A stretch of DNA of 64,000 nucleotides. Origin: Macrostomum lignano (Eukaryota). Shown here piece by piece: positions 11,266-22,991 of this stretch (position 1 is its first letter; every line of letters begins with the position of its first letter). Position numbers and translations under genes: made by a program. The notes beneath the pieces are model-generated. The model was not told the DNA's origin, did not search any database, and saw only the letters and a program-made list of their open reading frames with translations. The stretch lies in assembly GCA_002269645.1 (NCBI GenBank), contig NIVC01003009.1, forward strand, positions 1 to 64,000, read 5' to 3'.

Positions 11266-11835
11266 TTTTATGTTGGCTACTTACAGTAGGACAGTTGAGA
11301 CTTTTTGTGCGGTTTACCACAACAACGGAAAACACGGCTGACTTTAATATCATTTTTTATACTTTTGAATACACCTACAGTATTGTTTACTATTATACTC
11401 TACACTAAGTGCAATTAAAACTACTGCGGTAGATTTAGATTATTACGAGAGAGACAATAAATAAACGAATAAATAACGTCGCAGTGACTTCCTAATCGTA
11501 ATTGACAACTTCTGCTGGATAAACAAGTTGACGTGTATTTTATTAGTGGCAAGTTAGTAGTATACCCAGAATATTTACTCTTTAATTTACTCAGGAAATC
11601 AGCCATACGTCTAGTAATAGAGCGAAGTAAGAGTAGAAAAAATAAATTACAGAAAGCGCATTTTTCAATTTCATATCATTTTAATTCTGCGAAGCGATAA
11701 GCCACTAACAAAGGTTCTAATGCTGTCACGGAGGTGTATTAGTGAAACTGACAAGCCTGCTTAGCATGGAGCAATAGAGCATATCATAGTGTATATTGGT
11801 CGAGTAAGTACATTGCTGGCTTTTAATTTCAAGAA

Positions 11836-13045
11836 CTCCAGCTCCCCAACTCCAGCTCCCCAACTCCAGCTCCCCAACTCCAGCTCCCCAACTCCAGTTG
11901 CCCAACTCCAGTTCCCCAACTCCAGCTCCCCAACTCCAATTCCCCAACTCCAGCTCCCCAACTCCAGTTCCCCAACTCCAGCTCCCCAACTCCAATTCCC
12001 CAACTCCAGTTCCCCAACTCCAGTTCCCCAACTCCAACTCCCCAACTCCAGCTCCCCAACTCCAGCTCCCCAACTCCAACTCCCCAACTCCAGCTCCCCA
12101 ACTCCAATTCCCCAACTCCAGCTCCCCAACTCCAATTCCCCAACTCCAGCTCCCCAACTCCAATTCCCCAACTCCGATTCCCCAACTCCAGCTAACCAAC
12201 TCCAGTTCCCCAACTCCAGCTCCCCAACTCCAGCTCCCCAACTCCAACTCCCCAACTCCAGCTAACCAACTCCGATTCCCCAACTCCAGCTAACCAACTC
12301 CAATTCCCCAACTCCAGTTCCCCAACTCCAGCTCCCCAACTCCAGTTCCCCAACTCCAGCTCCCCAACTCCAGTTGCCCAACTCCAGTTCCCCAACTCCA
12401 GCTCCCCAACTCCAATTCCCCAACTCCAGCTCCCCAACTCCAGTTCCCCAACTCCAGCTCCCCAACTCCAATTCCCCAACTCCAGTTCCCCAACTCCAGT
12501 TCCCCAACTCCAACTCCCCAACTCCAGCTCCCCAACTCCAGCTCCCCAACTCCAACTCCCCAACTCCAGCTCCCCAACTCCAATTCCCCAACTCCAGCTC
12601 CCCAACTCCAATTCCCCAACTCCAGCTCCCCAACTCCAATTCCCCAACTCCGATTCCCCAACTCCAGCTAACCAACTCCAGTTCCCCAACTCCAGCTCCC
12701 CAACTCCAGCTCCCCAACTCCAACTCCCCAACTCCAGCTAACCAACTCCGATTCCCCAACTCCAGCTAACCAACTCCAACTCCCCAACTCCAGCTCCCCA
12801 ACTCCAATTCCCCAACTCCGATTCCCCAACTCCAGCTAACCAACTCCAATTCCCCAACTCCGATTCCCCAACTCCAGCTCCCCAACTCCAATTCCCCAAC
12901 TCCGATTCCCCAACTCCAGCTAACCAACTCCAATTCCCCAACTCCGATTCCCCAACTCCAGCTAACCAACTCCAATTCCCCAACTCCAATCCCCAACTCA
13001 AATTCCCCAACTCCAATTCCCCAACTCCAACTCCCCAACTCCAAC
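11836..13045. repeat. 14-bp minisatellite (CCCCAACTCCAGCT) with a 476-bp higher-order duplication
   Basis: Tandem periodicity. Identical variant patterns at offset 476 (track ORFs 11898 and 12374 translate identically). Confidence 0.95.
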
Positions 13046-13754
13046 TCCTAACTTCAGTTCTGTGCTCAGTGGAAACAGCAAATGATGTGGACTAGAGAGA
13101 TCATAAGGAATCCGAATAAGCAGAATTAGCTAGCTAATTAAAATTAAATAAGCGAGAAAATTGAAATTATTTTTTTTGAAACTAAACTTGGATAAGCAGT
13201 AAAAACATCGAAACTTATAATAATAGTATAAGAAGAAAGGATAATTTAACAAAACAGGAATGATGACGCTGGGACAACCCAATACGTAAAGATTCGAAAA
13301 CAGATGAAACGCACACACGCTGTCAGTGCTGCGGAGATGTGTTGCTAATAGCCCTCACCGATGAGAATTCAATGCGCAAGCGGTTCCATCTTCAGAAGAT
13401 TGGCTGGAATAGATAAATTGATATAGTAGGCTAGATCTATTCCAGATTCCGGGCCAATATAAAACCGGATACTAACTGAAGACTTATATTTGTAATTCTA
13501 AGTGCCAGACAGTATCTGCAACTTATGCCTTAGGCTTACACATCTGTGAGTGCCTATGTGTGTGTGAATCTGGTCTGATAAACAGAAGTTGTGCATTTAC
13601 ATGTATAACAGCCTTAGTTGTTAGTCACGTGAACTACGCTGGGCACAGGGCCAGTTGGGCACCCCGCTTGGCATTCAGCCAGTCAGCAAGGGGGTGAGAG
13701 AATTTCGCATCTTTGCAAGAACTTCCTAGCTCAGTTCAGTTAAAGAGCGGTTCT

Positions 13755-14412
13755 GATGGGAGATTGTTGAGTTTAGTTTGATGGGAGATTGTTGAGTTTA
13801 GTTTGATGGGAGATTGTTGAGTTTAGTTTGATGAGAGATTGTTGAGTTTAGTTTGATGAGAGATTGTTGAGTTTAGTTTGATAGGAGATTGTTGAGTTTA
13901 GTTTGATAGGAGATTGTTGAGTTTTGTTTGATGGGAGATTGTTGAGTTTAGTTTGATGGGAGATTGTTGAGTTTAGTTTGATGAGAGATTGTTGAGTTTA
14001 GTTTGATGAGAGATTGTTGAGTTTAGTTTGATAGGAGATTGTTGAGTTTAGTTTGATGAGAGATTGTTGAGTTTAGTTTGATGGGAGATTGTTGAGTTTA
14101 GTTTGATGGGAGATTGTTGAGTTTAGTTTGATGGGAAATTGTTGAGTTTAGTTTGATGGGAGATTGTTGAGTTTAGTTTGATGGGAGATTGTTGAGTTTA
14201 GTTTAATTGGAGATTGTTGAGTTTAGTTTGATGGGAAATTGTTGAGTTTAGTTTGATGGGAGATTGTTGAGTTTAGTTTGATGGGAAATTGTTGAGTTTA
14301 GTTTGATGGGAAATTGTTGAGTTTTGTTTGATTGGAGATTGTTGAGTTTAGTTTGATGGGAAATTGTTGAGTTTAGTTTGATGGGAGATTGTTGAGTTTA
14401 GTTTGATGGGAG
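13755..14412. repeat. 25-bp minisatellite (GATGGGAGATTGTTGAGTTTAGTTT)
   Basis: About 26 tandem units, ending about 25 nt from the sortilin stop codon. Confidence 0.95.
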
Positions 14413-14435
14413 AATGCTAGGTTCACGTCGCTAAA

Positions 14436-17400
14436 CTATAGATAAACCAAGGGGCAGCTGGGGACTCTCACAGCTTCATCATCCTCGCCGCCGCCAAGCA
14501 AAGCCTGCTTATCGCTGGCCCTCATCTTGCCGCCGCCATTAGTCGGGCGCCGCTCTGTGGCACCAGTGGCGTTGTAGAATCCGCCGCTGCCGCCGCCGCC
14601 GCTGCCTTGCAGGATGTCGTCGGCGGCTTGATATTCGACATCCTCGCCGTCAGCTTCGTCGCCCCGACGGCCGGCCGCGGACACGATCGAATAGTGGAAG
14701 GCGAGTCGGCGACGTCGACGCTCCCGGTGCCGGGCGAGCACCACCAGGCTGAGCACGATGGCGAGCAGGATTGCCACGGTGATGGCCAGGGGAACCATCA
14801 GGCCAACTGTGCGTCGGGTTTTATCCAGTTCGGCCTGCTGCCGCTGCTGCTCGATGCTCTGGATGAGGAGGCGGCCGTCTCGGGCCCTGGGATCCTCGGT
14901 TGGCTGCGGACAGCTGGCCTCGTGCAGCACCTCCTGGTTGGGGGTGAGATTGGGGACAGTCAGTCAGTCAGTCAGTCAGTCAGTCAGTCAGTCAGTCAGT
15001 CAGTCAGTCAGTCAGTCAGTCAGTCAGTCAGTCAGTCAGTCAGTCAGTCAGTCAGTCAGTCAGTCAGTCAGTCAGTCAGTCAGTCAGTCAGTCAGTCAGT
15101 CAGTCAGTCAGTCAGTCAGTCAGTCAGTCAGTCAGTCAGTCAGTCAGTCAGTCAGTCAGTCAGTCAGTCAGTCAGTCAGTCAGTCAGTCAGTCAGTCAGT
15201 CAGTCAGTCAGTCAGTCAGTCAGTCAGTCAGTCAGTCAGTCAGTCAGTCAGTCAGTCAGTCAGTCAGTCAGTCAGTCAGTCAGTCAGTCAGTCAGTCAGT
15301 CAGTCAGTCAGTCAGTCAGTCAGTCAGTCAGTCAGTCAGTCAGTCAGTCAGTCAGTCAGTCAGTCAGTCAGTCAGTCAGTCAGTCAGTCAGTCAGTCAGT
15401 CAGTCAGTCAGTCAGTCAGTCAGTCAGTCAGTCAGTCAGTCAGTCAGTCAGTCAGTCAGTCAGTCAGTCAGTCAGTCAGTCAGTTGCAGAATAGGCCTCA
15501 GCAAAATGGCCTCGCTCACCTGATGCGTTACATTTGGCTGAAATCCGCCCTGGCAACGGTTGCGAGGCAGTTTCCTATACCCCTCGGTAATAATCTTCTT
15601 AACCGTGTTGGCGTCGCAGATTCTAGGCGTTGGCACGTCGGGGTCGCGCACGCAGTCCAGGCTGTTGACCGGCCGGGTGTAGCCAAATTCGCATTCGAAA
15701 TCGTCTTTAGTGCACTCGCACGGCGTCACGCTGGTCTGCGGCTTGTAACTGTAGGTGCTGGCGCACATGCTGTCCGCCTTCAGCCGCTTGATTGTCTCTT
15801 TGGCGCCTAACACACAGGCCTGGTGGTTGGCGTTGTCGTAGTTCACCGCCCCGTTGCTCAGCCAGGACTCGTAGTCGCTGTCTGTGCAGCTTCTGCTCAG
15901 AAGCACGCCAAGGTCGACTACGAACACCTGCGGCGGATGGGAGGGCACAATGGGGAGTTAGAGGTAGAGAATGGAGCTTCAGATGGAGAGAATGGAGATT
16001 CAGATGGAGAGAATGGAGATTCAGGTGGAGAGAATGGAGATTCAGATAGAAATAATGGAGATTCAGATAAAGAGAATGGAGATTCAGATGGAGAGAATGG
16101 AGATTCAGATGGAGAGAATGGAGATTCAGGTGGAGAGAATGGAGATTCAGATAGAAATAATGGAGATTCAGATAAAGAGAATGGAGATTCAGATGGAAAT
16201 AATAGAGATTCAGATGGAGAGAATGGAGATTCAGATGGAGATAATAGAGATTCAGATGGAGAGAATGGAGATTCAGATAAAGAGAATGGAGATTCAGATG
16301 GAGAGAATAGAGATTCAGATGGAGAGAATAGAGATTCAGATGGAGAGAATGGAGATTCAGATGGAAATAATAGAGATTCAGATGGAGAGAATAGAGATTC
16401 AGATGGAGAGAATGGAGATTCAGATGGAGAGAATGGAGATTCAGATGGAGAGAATGGAGATTCAGATGGAGAGAATGGAGATTCAGATGGAGAGAATGGA
16501 GATTCATGGGAGAGATTGGTGATTAAAATGGAGAGAATGGAGATTCAGATGGAAAGAATGGAGATTCATGGGAGAGATTGGTGATTAAAATGGAGAGATT
16601 AAAGATTCAGAGAGAATGGAGATTCATGGGAGAGATTGGTGATTAAAATGGAGAGATTAAAGATTCAGAGAGAATGGAGATTCATAGGAGAGATTGGTGA
16701 TTAAAATGGAGAGATTAAAGATTCAGAGAGAATGGAGATTCGGGGAGAGACTGGGAGAGAACGGAGAGATGCAATATACAGAATCGAAAGCTACACACTA
16801 ACGCAGTTCCAACTCCCAAGTAGACATAAAATACAGATTGCACATTCCGGCATGGCAAGGCCAGTCCATGCTCAATGCGCAGATACCAAACAAGAAAGTA
16901 TGTCTGAGATAAGAGCGAATAAATTTTAGTCAGGGCCAGTGCTAACTGCATAAGTCAGTGTTAGACTGATATTGATAACAGCAAGAGCTGGTCCTGGCGA
17001 AACATAAGTTCGCAGTGCACGCATGGTCTCTGAAGGCAAAAATAATATTGTTGATCATCGCTAGCAAAGGCAAAGGAGAGCGCACAGAGTGTGCCCGTGC
17101 TGTCTTTCAAACCTTAAATAGTGGGCAATCAAACCTATACAGAGGTCAATTGACTTCCCCACTAAATTTTTCGCAACTTCAATAGAGGGGTCAATTGACC
17201 CCCCGATGTAAACTATGGCTGACAACACTAAATAGAGGGGTCAATTGACCCCCCAATGTACACTATTGCTGACAACACTAAATAGAGGGGTCAATCGAAC
17301 CCCCCCATGTACACTACGGCTGACAACACTAAATAGAGGGGTCAATCGACCTCCCTCCAAAGTTCACTTTGGCTGACAACACTAGAGCAGAAATAAGTTT

Positions 17401-20400
17401 CTAACAGGTGATAATTGAATGCTCACCCGCCAGTGATGCAGCTCGCTAACGTAGCCCCAGATAGCAACTGTGAGTGCCCGATTGCCCGGCTCGGTGAGCA
17501 GGCCAGTGAACACGTAGTCCTCCGTAGTGAACCGATGGCTGTGCCAGCACCGGCCAGCGTCGGTGCTAAATTTAACAACCTGCGGCGAGCTGCCGTTAGC
17601 AGATTTCTCAACCGCTACAAGAAAATTGCCATTGTTGCCAATCTGCACGCGATGCGGGCCTTTCAAAGCCAGGTACCAGGAATAGCCGCCGTCGCTGCTG
17701 ATGTACACGTCGGCTGGGTTCGACTGCAGTTTGGCGGCGGTGTGGCCGTGAACGATAAGAAGGCCGACGGCACTGGGCGCTGATCTGGGCTGGTCGGCCG
17801 GCACACTGCGGCTGATGCTGTAATAGGAGGCCACCTGACAGGCGGTTGGGCGGTTATATTAGACCATGAGATTAGACCGACTGTCTCGGAGATCTCACTT
17901 ATGAGATTAGACCTACTGTCTCCGAGATCTCACCCATGAGATAAGACCGACTGTCTCACGAGATCTCACCCATGAAATATCACTACTAAGAGATCTCACC
18001 CATCAGATTAGAAATTGTCTCACGAGATCTCACACATGAGATTAGACCTACTGTCTCACGAGATCTCACCCATGAGATTTAACTACTAAGAGATCTCACC
18101 CATGAGATTAGACCTACTGTCTCCGAGATCTCACCCATGAGATTAGACCTACTGTCTCCGAGATCTTACCCATGAGATTAGACCTACTGTCTCCGAGATC
18201 TCACCCATGAGATTTAACTACTAAGAGATCTCACCCATGATATTAGACCTACTTTCTCCGAGATCTCACCCATGATATTAGACCTACTGTCTCCGAGATC
18301 TCACCTATGAGATTAGACCTACTGTCTCCGAGATCTCACCCATGACCTCTATCTCAGAGGTCTCACCTGCAGATAGCACGGGCCGCCATCAGTAGTCGTA
18401 CACGTGACACCGTCAGGTTTACTGAGGTGCCGCCAGACCGCGCCCCTATTATGCGTGATCACGGAGTGCATGGACGCGTCAGAGTGCAGCACGGTGCTCA
18501 GGAAGGCGCCGCGCATTGACTCAACCTTGTAGAAGTCGCTGCTGCCGCCAAGCGGAGGGTAGAAATTCCTCTCCAGGGATTTGGAGAACACCTGGCCAAG
18601 ACTGTTGGAGGTGTACAGAGTGCCGTAGCCCAGGTAGTTGCCAGCGTCGATGTGCACGAAGGCCAGACCATCGCTGGTGTCCAAGATGACAAAGAATCTG
18701 TCCGGAGTAGCTGAAGGCAGCTGAGTGCGAACGAATGTCTTGCCGCAGTCTGTTGATACCTGCCAATTATAATTGTGAATATATGATTTAGGGTTTCAAT
18801 TGTGCAAGTGGGAATTGAAGCTATGAAAGTAGCAATTAAGCAGGGAAGTTGAAGGTCAAACGTTAGAGGTCACTGCTATTATGGTTGTGAAAGTGAGAAT
18901 TATGGTTGTGAAAGTGAGAATTATGGTTGTGAAAGTGAGAATTATGGTTGTGAAAGTGAGAATTATGGTTGTGAAAGTGAGAATTATGGTTGTGAAAGTG
19001 AGAATTATGGTTGTGAAAGTGAGAATTATGGTTGTGAAAGTGAGAATTATGGTTGTGAAAGTGAGACTTATGGTTGTGAAAGTGAGACTTATGGTTGTGA
19101 AAGTGAGAATAATGGTTGTGAAAGTGAGACTTATGGTTGTGAAAGAGAGAATTTATCAATGCGAGCTTAGCCACTAAGGCGACTGTGAAAATAAAGACGA
19201 TACCTCTAAATGCCTGGACTCGGCCTTGCCCTCGTCCGATTTGGATATAAAAATAAAGCCGTCCTTATTGTTATAAGAGTAGATTTTCTCAGCCAGTGTT
19301 TTCCAATTATTGGACCCGGCAGTGAAGTCCGTCAGCTTCGCGAGTTGCCGGCCGGGCAGCCTGTGATTGCTCGAAGCGACGCCGTCGCGCAGCAGAGATA
19401 CGAAGCTGGCTTCGCCATCAAATGCAGCGTAGATACTGTCCTTATCATCGGCACTAACGCCCCAGGAGGCCTGCGGTTTAGTAGGTGGGGAATCTTTACA
19501 ACTGATTACTTCAGACTGCCGCTTCACTGCCGTTAGACACTGGCCTGTACACCTGTTAGACAGGGGATTCTGCATCTGTTAGACACTGGCCTGTACACCT
19601 GTTAGACAGGGGATTCTGCATCTGTTAGACACTGGCCTGTACACCTGTTAGACAGGGGATTCTGCATCTGTTAGACACTGGCCTGTACATCTGTTAGACA
19701 GGGGATTCTGCATCTGTTAGACACTGGCCTGTACACCTGTTAGACAGGGGATTCTGCATCTGTTAGACACTGGCCTGTACACCTGTTAGACAGGGGATTC
19801 TGCATCTGTTAGACACTGGCCTGTACACCTGTTAGACAGGGGATTCTGCATCTGTTAGACACTGGCCTGTACACCTGTTAGACAGGGGATTCTGCATCTG
19901 TTAGACACTGGCCTGTACACCTGTTAGACAGGGGATTCTGCATCTGTTAGACACTGGCCTGTACACCTGTTAGACAGGGGATTCTGCATCTGTTAGACAC
20001 TGGCCTGTACATCTGTTAGACAGGGGATTCTGCATCTGTTAGACACTGGCCTGTACATCTGTTAGACAGGGGATTCTGCATCTGTTAGACACTGGCCTGT
20101 ACACCTGTTAGACAGGGGATTCTGCATCTGTTAGACACTGGCCTGTACATCTGTTAGACAGGGGATTCTGCATCTGTTAGACACTGGCCTGTACACCTAT
20201 TAGACAGGGGATTCTGCATCTGTTAGACACTGGCCTGTACACCTATTAGACAGGGGATTCTGCATCTGTTAGGCAATGGCCTGTAAAACCTGTTAGACAG
20301 GGGATTCTGCATCTGTTAGGCAATGGCCTGTAAAACCTGTTAGACAGGGGATTCTGCATCTGTTAGGCAATGGCCTGTAAAACCTGTTAGACAGGGGATT

Positions 20401-22991
20401 CTGCATCTGTTAGGCAATGGCCTGTAAAACCTGTTAGACAGGGGATTCTTCATCTGTTAGACATCTGTTAGACACTGGTCTGTACATGTTAGACGGGAGT
20501 CTCATATCTGCTAGACACCTACTCTCCCAGCACCTGTTAGACATCTAGGCTCCCAGCACCTGTTAGACATCTAGGCTCTCAGCACCTGTTAGACATCTAG
20601 GCTCCCAGCACCTGTTAAACACCTTCTCTCTCAGCACCTGCTATACATCTAGGCTCCCAGCACCTGTTAAACACCTTCTCTCTCAGCACCTGTTAGACAT
20701 CTAGGCTCCCAGCACCTGTTAAACACCTTCTCTCTCAGCACCTGCTATACATCTAGGCTCCCAGCACCTGTTAGACATCTAGGCTCCCAGCACCTGTTAG
20801 ACATCTAGGCTCCCAGCACCTGTTAGACATCTAGGCTCCCAGCACCTGTTAAACACCTTCTCTCTCAGCACCTGCTATACATCTAGGCTCCCAGCACCTG
20901 TTAGACATCTAGGCTCCAAGAACCTGTTAGACAGTCACTCTCAAACCAATTAATTCACCTTGAACACGCGCTTCTTAATCAAACGCCAATCCTGACCGGC
21001 ATTAACTGACAAATACAGCTTGTCACCGGCCTGGGCAAGCAGCCAATCGGGCTTGTCAGTGTGAAACAAAATCTGAGCAGATTGGACCGGAAACCCGGGG
21101 CTGGACAAGTGCCAGGTGGCACCGCCATCCAGAGTGTAATAGAGAAGTCCGGTGGCGCCGCCCAGCTTAGCGGGGTCGTGGCAGGCCAGGTAGATTCTGG
21201 CTGGCTGGGCTGGATTCCGCTGCAGGCCCAGCGATTGGGACACTAGAAGGGCGGAACTGGTAGCGCCGGCTTCAAGGATCTTGGCGGTGATGTTGACAAA
21301 GGTCCGGCCATCGTTGGTGCTTCTGTAGACGCTGGAGTCGCGGGTTAGAACACCCTGTGTTCGAATAGTCACTATGATGAGCGTCTGAAATTAATTACAT
21401 TTATTATATTGAGCATTATTAATGAGCCTTAGCAAACAGTTCAATAGTAATTGCTGATAAAACTCACCTGATTGCCTGCCCAAGTCATCAGCAAGCTGGG
21501 TTTAGTCTCATTGGAGAAGATAAACTACAATTTTAGAAATAGTTAAAAAATTAACAAAAATATTGAGGATTTCTAACACTAAGATATTTGTAATATGACT
21601 AGTATAAAGCAAATTGATGCACTTTTCACTATACTGGCACATATAATAGCAGTTGATAAACTCTAGCCCATGAAGCCTCTCTATCTGGCTTTTAGGCCCT
21701 TTGCAACTTAATAAAAGCAATCTAGCCTACTCAAATTTTGTATCTCTTCTTAGTTCTTTTTTCTTCTACTCTTTTTTTCTTTTCAACTTTTAATTCTCCT
21801 TTCCCTTTCTCTTTTCTAATCTTTCTCTTTTTCTTTTTTTACTCTTTTTTACTTAATACTTTCCTTTTTCTTTTCTATTATTATTGCTACTTTTCAAATT
21901 GCTATAAAACTTATAAAATATAAAATTGCTCATAGGTATCAAAATGAGAAAGGGTTGGAAAGGGGATATGGCCTTCTTACTTTTAAAGTAGGAGGACCAT
22001 CAATGGTACTTGCCTGTCATCCTTTTTTTTAGCAACTCTTGCTATATTTTTTGCTAAATAAAGTGCTAAAATTATTTTCAAAATTAATTTATTTATAATA
22101 TAAGCAATTGCTTTTTTAAATAAAAGGTAAAAACAAAATAAATCAGATTGGGTCAGATCTAGGATCAGATCCATTGGTATTAGATTAGCAATTAACTGAT
22201 TATAACAAAGTAGTAATGATTATAGGCATTAGAATGTTTTTACATTTTAAAAACATTCTAATGTTTATAAAATTGCTTAAATGCATTACCATTAGATTAG
22301 GTTAAAATTGTCAACTAGCAAATAGCAATGAATTTGAATATAGATAAGCCTATATATTAAAAAATATATAGTAGTAGATTAAGTAAAAGTATATAATCTT
22401 TGATTTGTTATCAAATTTTGGCAAAAAAAGTAAATCTAAGTCTTATAGCCAATATAATTTCATAGGTTGTTTTAAAAAGTCAATATAATTTATATAATAA
22501 GATTATAAGTGATAAGAACTCGTGGCACTGGAAGCATGTGCCTAATAAAAAATGAGTCTAGGTAGCACACAATGCATTGTTTCCTTGACTTTTTAGTTTT
22601 TGATATTTGATTTTGGCTGCTTAGTAATAATAGCTAATATCAAATAATATTTGTGCTTTTTCTCATTTTAGATTCTAATTAGGCCCCCTAGTAGCTTATA
22701 GCTATAAGGACACCCATGCCCCTGTGCCCCATGCCTAGAGCCCTCCCCCCCTAATTGGCCCTAAAATATTAGGCTCCGCTGCCCCTGATCAATAAAAAGT
22801 ACTTTTTAAACCAAAAAAAATTAACTAACCTCTGAAACAAACTTTGATTGAACAGCAGCAGATGAAAGTTTTTCTTTAATATTTTTTTGTTGCTCAGTGC
22901 ACTTTGGAGATGAATCGATTGATTTCGTGCAGGAAGTGAAAACAAAAAAGATGATTATCAAAATGCCAAATATGCTTTTCAAAAGACTCAT
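14436..22991 (-). CDS. SORT1: Sortilin-like VPS10-domain sorting receptor, complete, 8 coding exons, about 887 aa
   Basis: Exons (minus): 22991-22830, 21524-21468, 21384-20959, 19515-19204, 18759-18367, 17834-17427, 15927-15520, 14933-14436, all GT-AG and phase 0. Signal peptide MSLLKSIFGILIIIFFVFTSC. Asp-box repeats (YRSTNDGRTF, YTLDGGATW, VSTDCGKTF, YISSDGGYSW, FSTDAGRCW). 10CC module (CVLGAKE...CECTKDDFECEFGY...GYRKLPRNRCQGG). TM helix VGLMVPLAITVAILLAIVLSLVVLA. Tail with YSIV (YxxPhi) and DKQALL. The acceptor at 19515 is weak. Confidence 0.93.
14957..15484. repeat. Perfect (CAGT)n microsatellite, about 528 bp, in sortilin intron 7
   Basis: Uninterrupted tetranucleotide run. Confidence 0.98.
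15965..16745. repeat. 21-bp minisatellite (GATGGAGAGAATGGAGATTCA) in sortilin intron 6
   Basis: Tandem periodicity. Confidence 0.95.
17139..17384. repeat. About 51-bp tandem repeat carrying the palindrome GGGGTCAATTGACCCC
   Basis: Five units of AATAGAGGGGTCAATTGACCCCCC...GCTGACAACACTA; the palindrome is imperfect in some. Confidence 0.85.
17865..18348. repeat. 35/30-bp minisatellite (GAGATCTCACCCATGAGATTAGACCTACTGTCTCC) in sortilin intron 5
   Basis: Tandem periodicity. Confidence 0.93.
18877..19143. repeat. 21-bp minisatellite (TATGGTTGTGAAAGTGAGAAT) in sortilin intron 4
   Basis: About 12 near-identical units. Confidence 0.95.
19533..20935. repeat. 46-bp minisatellite grading into a related 26-bp minisatellite (shared CCTGTTAGACA core) in sortilin intron 3
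   Basis: 46-bp period over 19533-20480, 26-bp period over 20520-20935. Confidence 0.95.

Noticed and set aside
13400-13450. 11-bp inverted repeat CTGGAATAGAT...ATCTATTCCAG
   Set aside because: Isolated, and plausible by chance in 64 kb.
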